Assembly: GCF_018977255.1 (NCBI RefSeq)
Contig: NW_024704837.1
Coordinates: forward strand, 62,001 to 126,000
Direction of reading: 5' to 3'
Origin: Callorhinchus milii
Lineage: Eukaryota
Length of the DNA stretch: 64,000 bases
Part shown: in pieces, positions 61,951 through 64,000 of the stretch
How the letters are laid out: the number at the start of each line of letters is the position of its first letter
Position numbering within the stretch: position 1 is the first letter of the stretch
Notes under the pieces: model-generated
What the model saw: only the letters and a program-made list of their open reading frames with translations
What the model was told of the DNA's origin: nothing
The model's database searches: none
Translations under genes and position numbers: made by a program

Positions 61951-62559
61951 TTGCACAGGTACAGGAACACACAAGGTTTTCGGTCCTAGCTTGTTCATGT
62001 AACTGCAACATAGAGATATGTTGTACATAGATCACTCTTTGTTTATTTAATTTTGTGAATAACACAATATCTCATGATATTGCACATTAAATAAGATGCA
62101 GTTTGGAAATGACACCTTATAATTTACATTATAAATGTGTGCAACAAACTAAACCTATAAAGTAAAATAGAGAAGATTGTAGAAATACTTTACTTGAATT
62201 TTTTTTAAAGCAGCAACAGAAAAAGATTCTTTGAGAAGGATGTAAAAGGAGGAATTTTATGCTTATTTATATCCATTGAGAAAAAATACCTCTCTTAAAT
62301 GATATTGTGAAATGTAATTGTTAACAAACCGTGGTTTACAAGTTCTAGTGAATGAGTGTTTCTGCAGAAAATCAAATCCACATTGGCAGAAATGCAAAAC
62401 AATATTATTTAAACGTGTAAAGCAGTTACAAGGGAAGGTTTTAAGTAAAGTTCAAATTTATACAGAAAATTCAGAAAAAATGCGAAAAGCTATGTGCGGC
62501 ATAGAACTTTGAAGTTAAAATAAACTTTCTGGGCTAAATTGAACTGAATATCAAGGGAT

Positions 62560-62940
62560 AGAGATGGATATGGATTGGTAACTGGCAAAAGGGAATGAAA
62601 CAGGGGAGTGATTTGGGCAACTTGACAAAATAAAATTAGTTATTGTGTGGGTTGCCTGTATCAGTGTGTGCTGAAACCCTTCCTGTTCCATGTATGTATT
62701 AATAACCTGAATTTTCAGATTTATTGCAAGATAGGCAAATTTACAGACAACAGAATGTTAGGGAAACTGTTGAATCAGAGGAAGCAGTCAAGATCATATA
62801 AAGAGAGCTACATATCTGAGCTGATCATTGATAAATGATGTGCAAAACAGAGAAATGAAACGTACTGCATGTAGGAAGTAAAATAGGACATGTATTCATT
62901 CCATAGCCAGAATGTAACTTGCCAAAGAGGTGTGAGTCTC
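62560..62940 (+). mobile_element. Old CR1 RT fragment
   Basis: Degenerate LFHVCINNL...KIGKFTDNRMLG (KFADDTKLG-like). Confidence 0.6.
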
Positions 62941-63719
62941 TTGGGTGGGGGAGTGCATGGCCTCTGAATCAATTGGTTAAAAAAAAAGTTGTTTTTTTCT
63001 GGGGAAAGCTTGCATATTATCCCTAGAGAATAAAATATTTACCAAAAAGATTAACCTTAGTTAACCTCCGAACTCTACATTTTTTTAAAAGACTGTTTCA
63101 ATTGAAATTACAAAAAAAAAGGATATCATTGATAAAAAAAAACTAAGGTGTATTTAAGATGGAAGGAAGTTGTCAGAAATGTTCCCCTGTGATTTAAAAT
63201 TTTAAATCGCACAGAATTGTAGAAAATTCTTAAATTCAGTATTAAGTTGGAAGTAGGCTCTTTTTGAGAAATGCAGAAAAATGGCTTGCAAATTATGATT
63301 AAATTTAAGAATATGTCACAATTCTGTGCAATCAAACAAAATAGTCCTGTAGGCTAAGATTGGGTGAACATTCCAACAAATTTGCAAGTGATATTCGTTC
63401 CTTATGAGTGCATTGAGCAGCCTTCTCCAGCTATCACTCCAACTGAGGGTGTGGAGTTTGCAAATTGACTCCAACGCTAAATACTATGAACGTTATAGCA
63501 ATACCCTGTTCCATATGTTCTTGCTTAATTAACTAGGCTTCCTTTTATTTTAGTTAGTTAGGTGCATTATTTTTCAATCTAATCTGTTCTTAATATTACA
63601 CATGGTTACGTACAGAGATCAAGGAGCTGATTAAGCTGTGATTACTCAGAGTCTTTAATGACTGGTTGGCTTATCTTCTTACGTTGGGATGTTAGAATAA
63701 GGCAAGATTGATTTAAAAC

Positions 63720-64000
63720 CTCAGTCAGCTTGGCTCAGTTGGTAGAACTCTTGCCTAGGTCAGAAGGTTGTGGGTTCAATCACCACATTTGGACTTTTGA
63801 GTTCCTAGACTAGGCTGGGTTGGGGAATGCTGAATTGTCAGATGTGCTATCCTTCCGACGAGACATTATAATAATAATAATAATAATATAATCATTGCAT
63901 TTGATATAGCACCTTATCACGTCATCAACATATCTCAAAGCACTTTGCAGGAATTTCTATAAAGTGCAGTTACTGTGTATTTTGTAGGCAAATGTGGCAC
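63720..64000. mobile_element. Old SINE head (plus) abutting a SINE tail (minus)
   Basis: tggctcagttggtag...gggttcaatc tRNA-like head, then (ATA)n and a reverse-complement tail. Confidence 0.7.

Overview
Eukaryotic (vertebrate) genomic DNA, most likely a cartilaginous fish. That assignment is inferred from the repeat landscape: tRNA-Ala-headed Deu-domain SINEs, L2 with (TTG)n tails, CR1 and a shark-type Penelope terminal repeat. Three genes are visible. (1) A complete 12-coding-exon MCM9 on the minus strand (ATG 40400 to stop 18153). It reconstructs to ~1151 aa only if two single-base insertions are corrected (~31701 and ~18490), and it has a CpG-island promoter carrying a 32-bp minisatellite with five perfect CRE sites. 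(2) A TMEM200-family gene with a single coding exon, most like TMEM200C (49356-51095, minus). (3) The first coding exon of a GPRC6A-like class C GPCR (61111-61301, plus). The rest is intronic or intergenic DNA dense in transposable elements: a solo LTR with a 4-bp TSD, a decayed R4/Dong-type element, a four-level nested CR1/L2/CR1/SINE stack, a Penelope-type repeat with a minimal hammerhead ribozyme core, and several palindromic MITE-like elements. Most short ORFs in the track are repeat-derived or spurious. No convincingly new biological system could be established from sequence alone; the best leads are ranked in findings. All homology calls are from recalled sequence motifs, not database searches.
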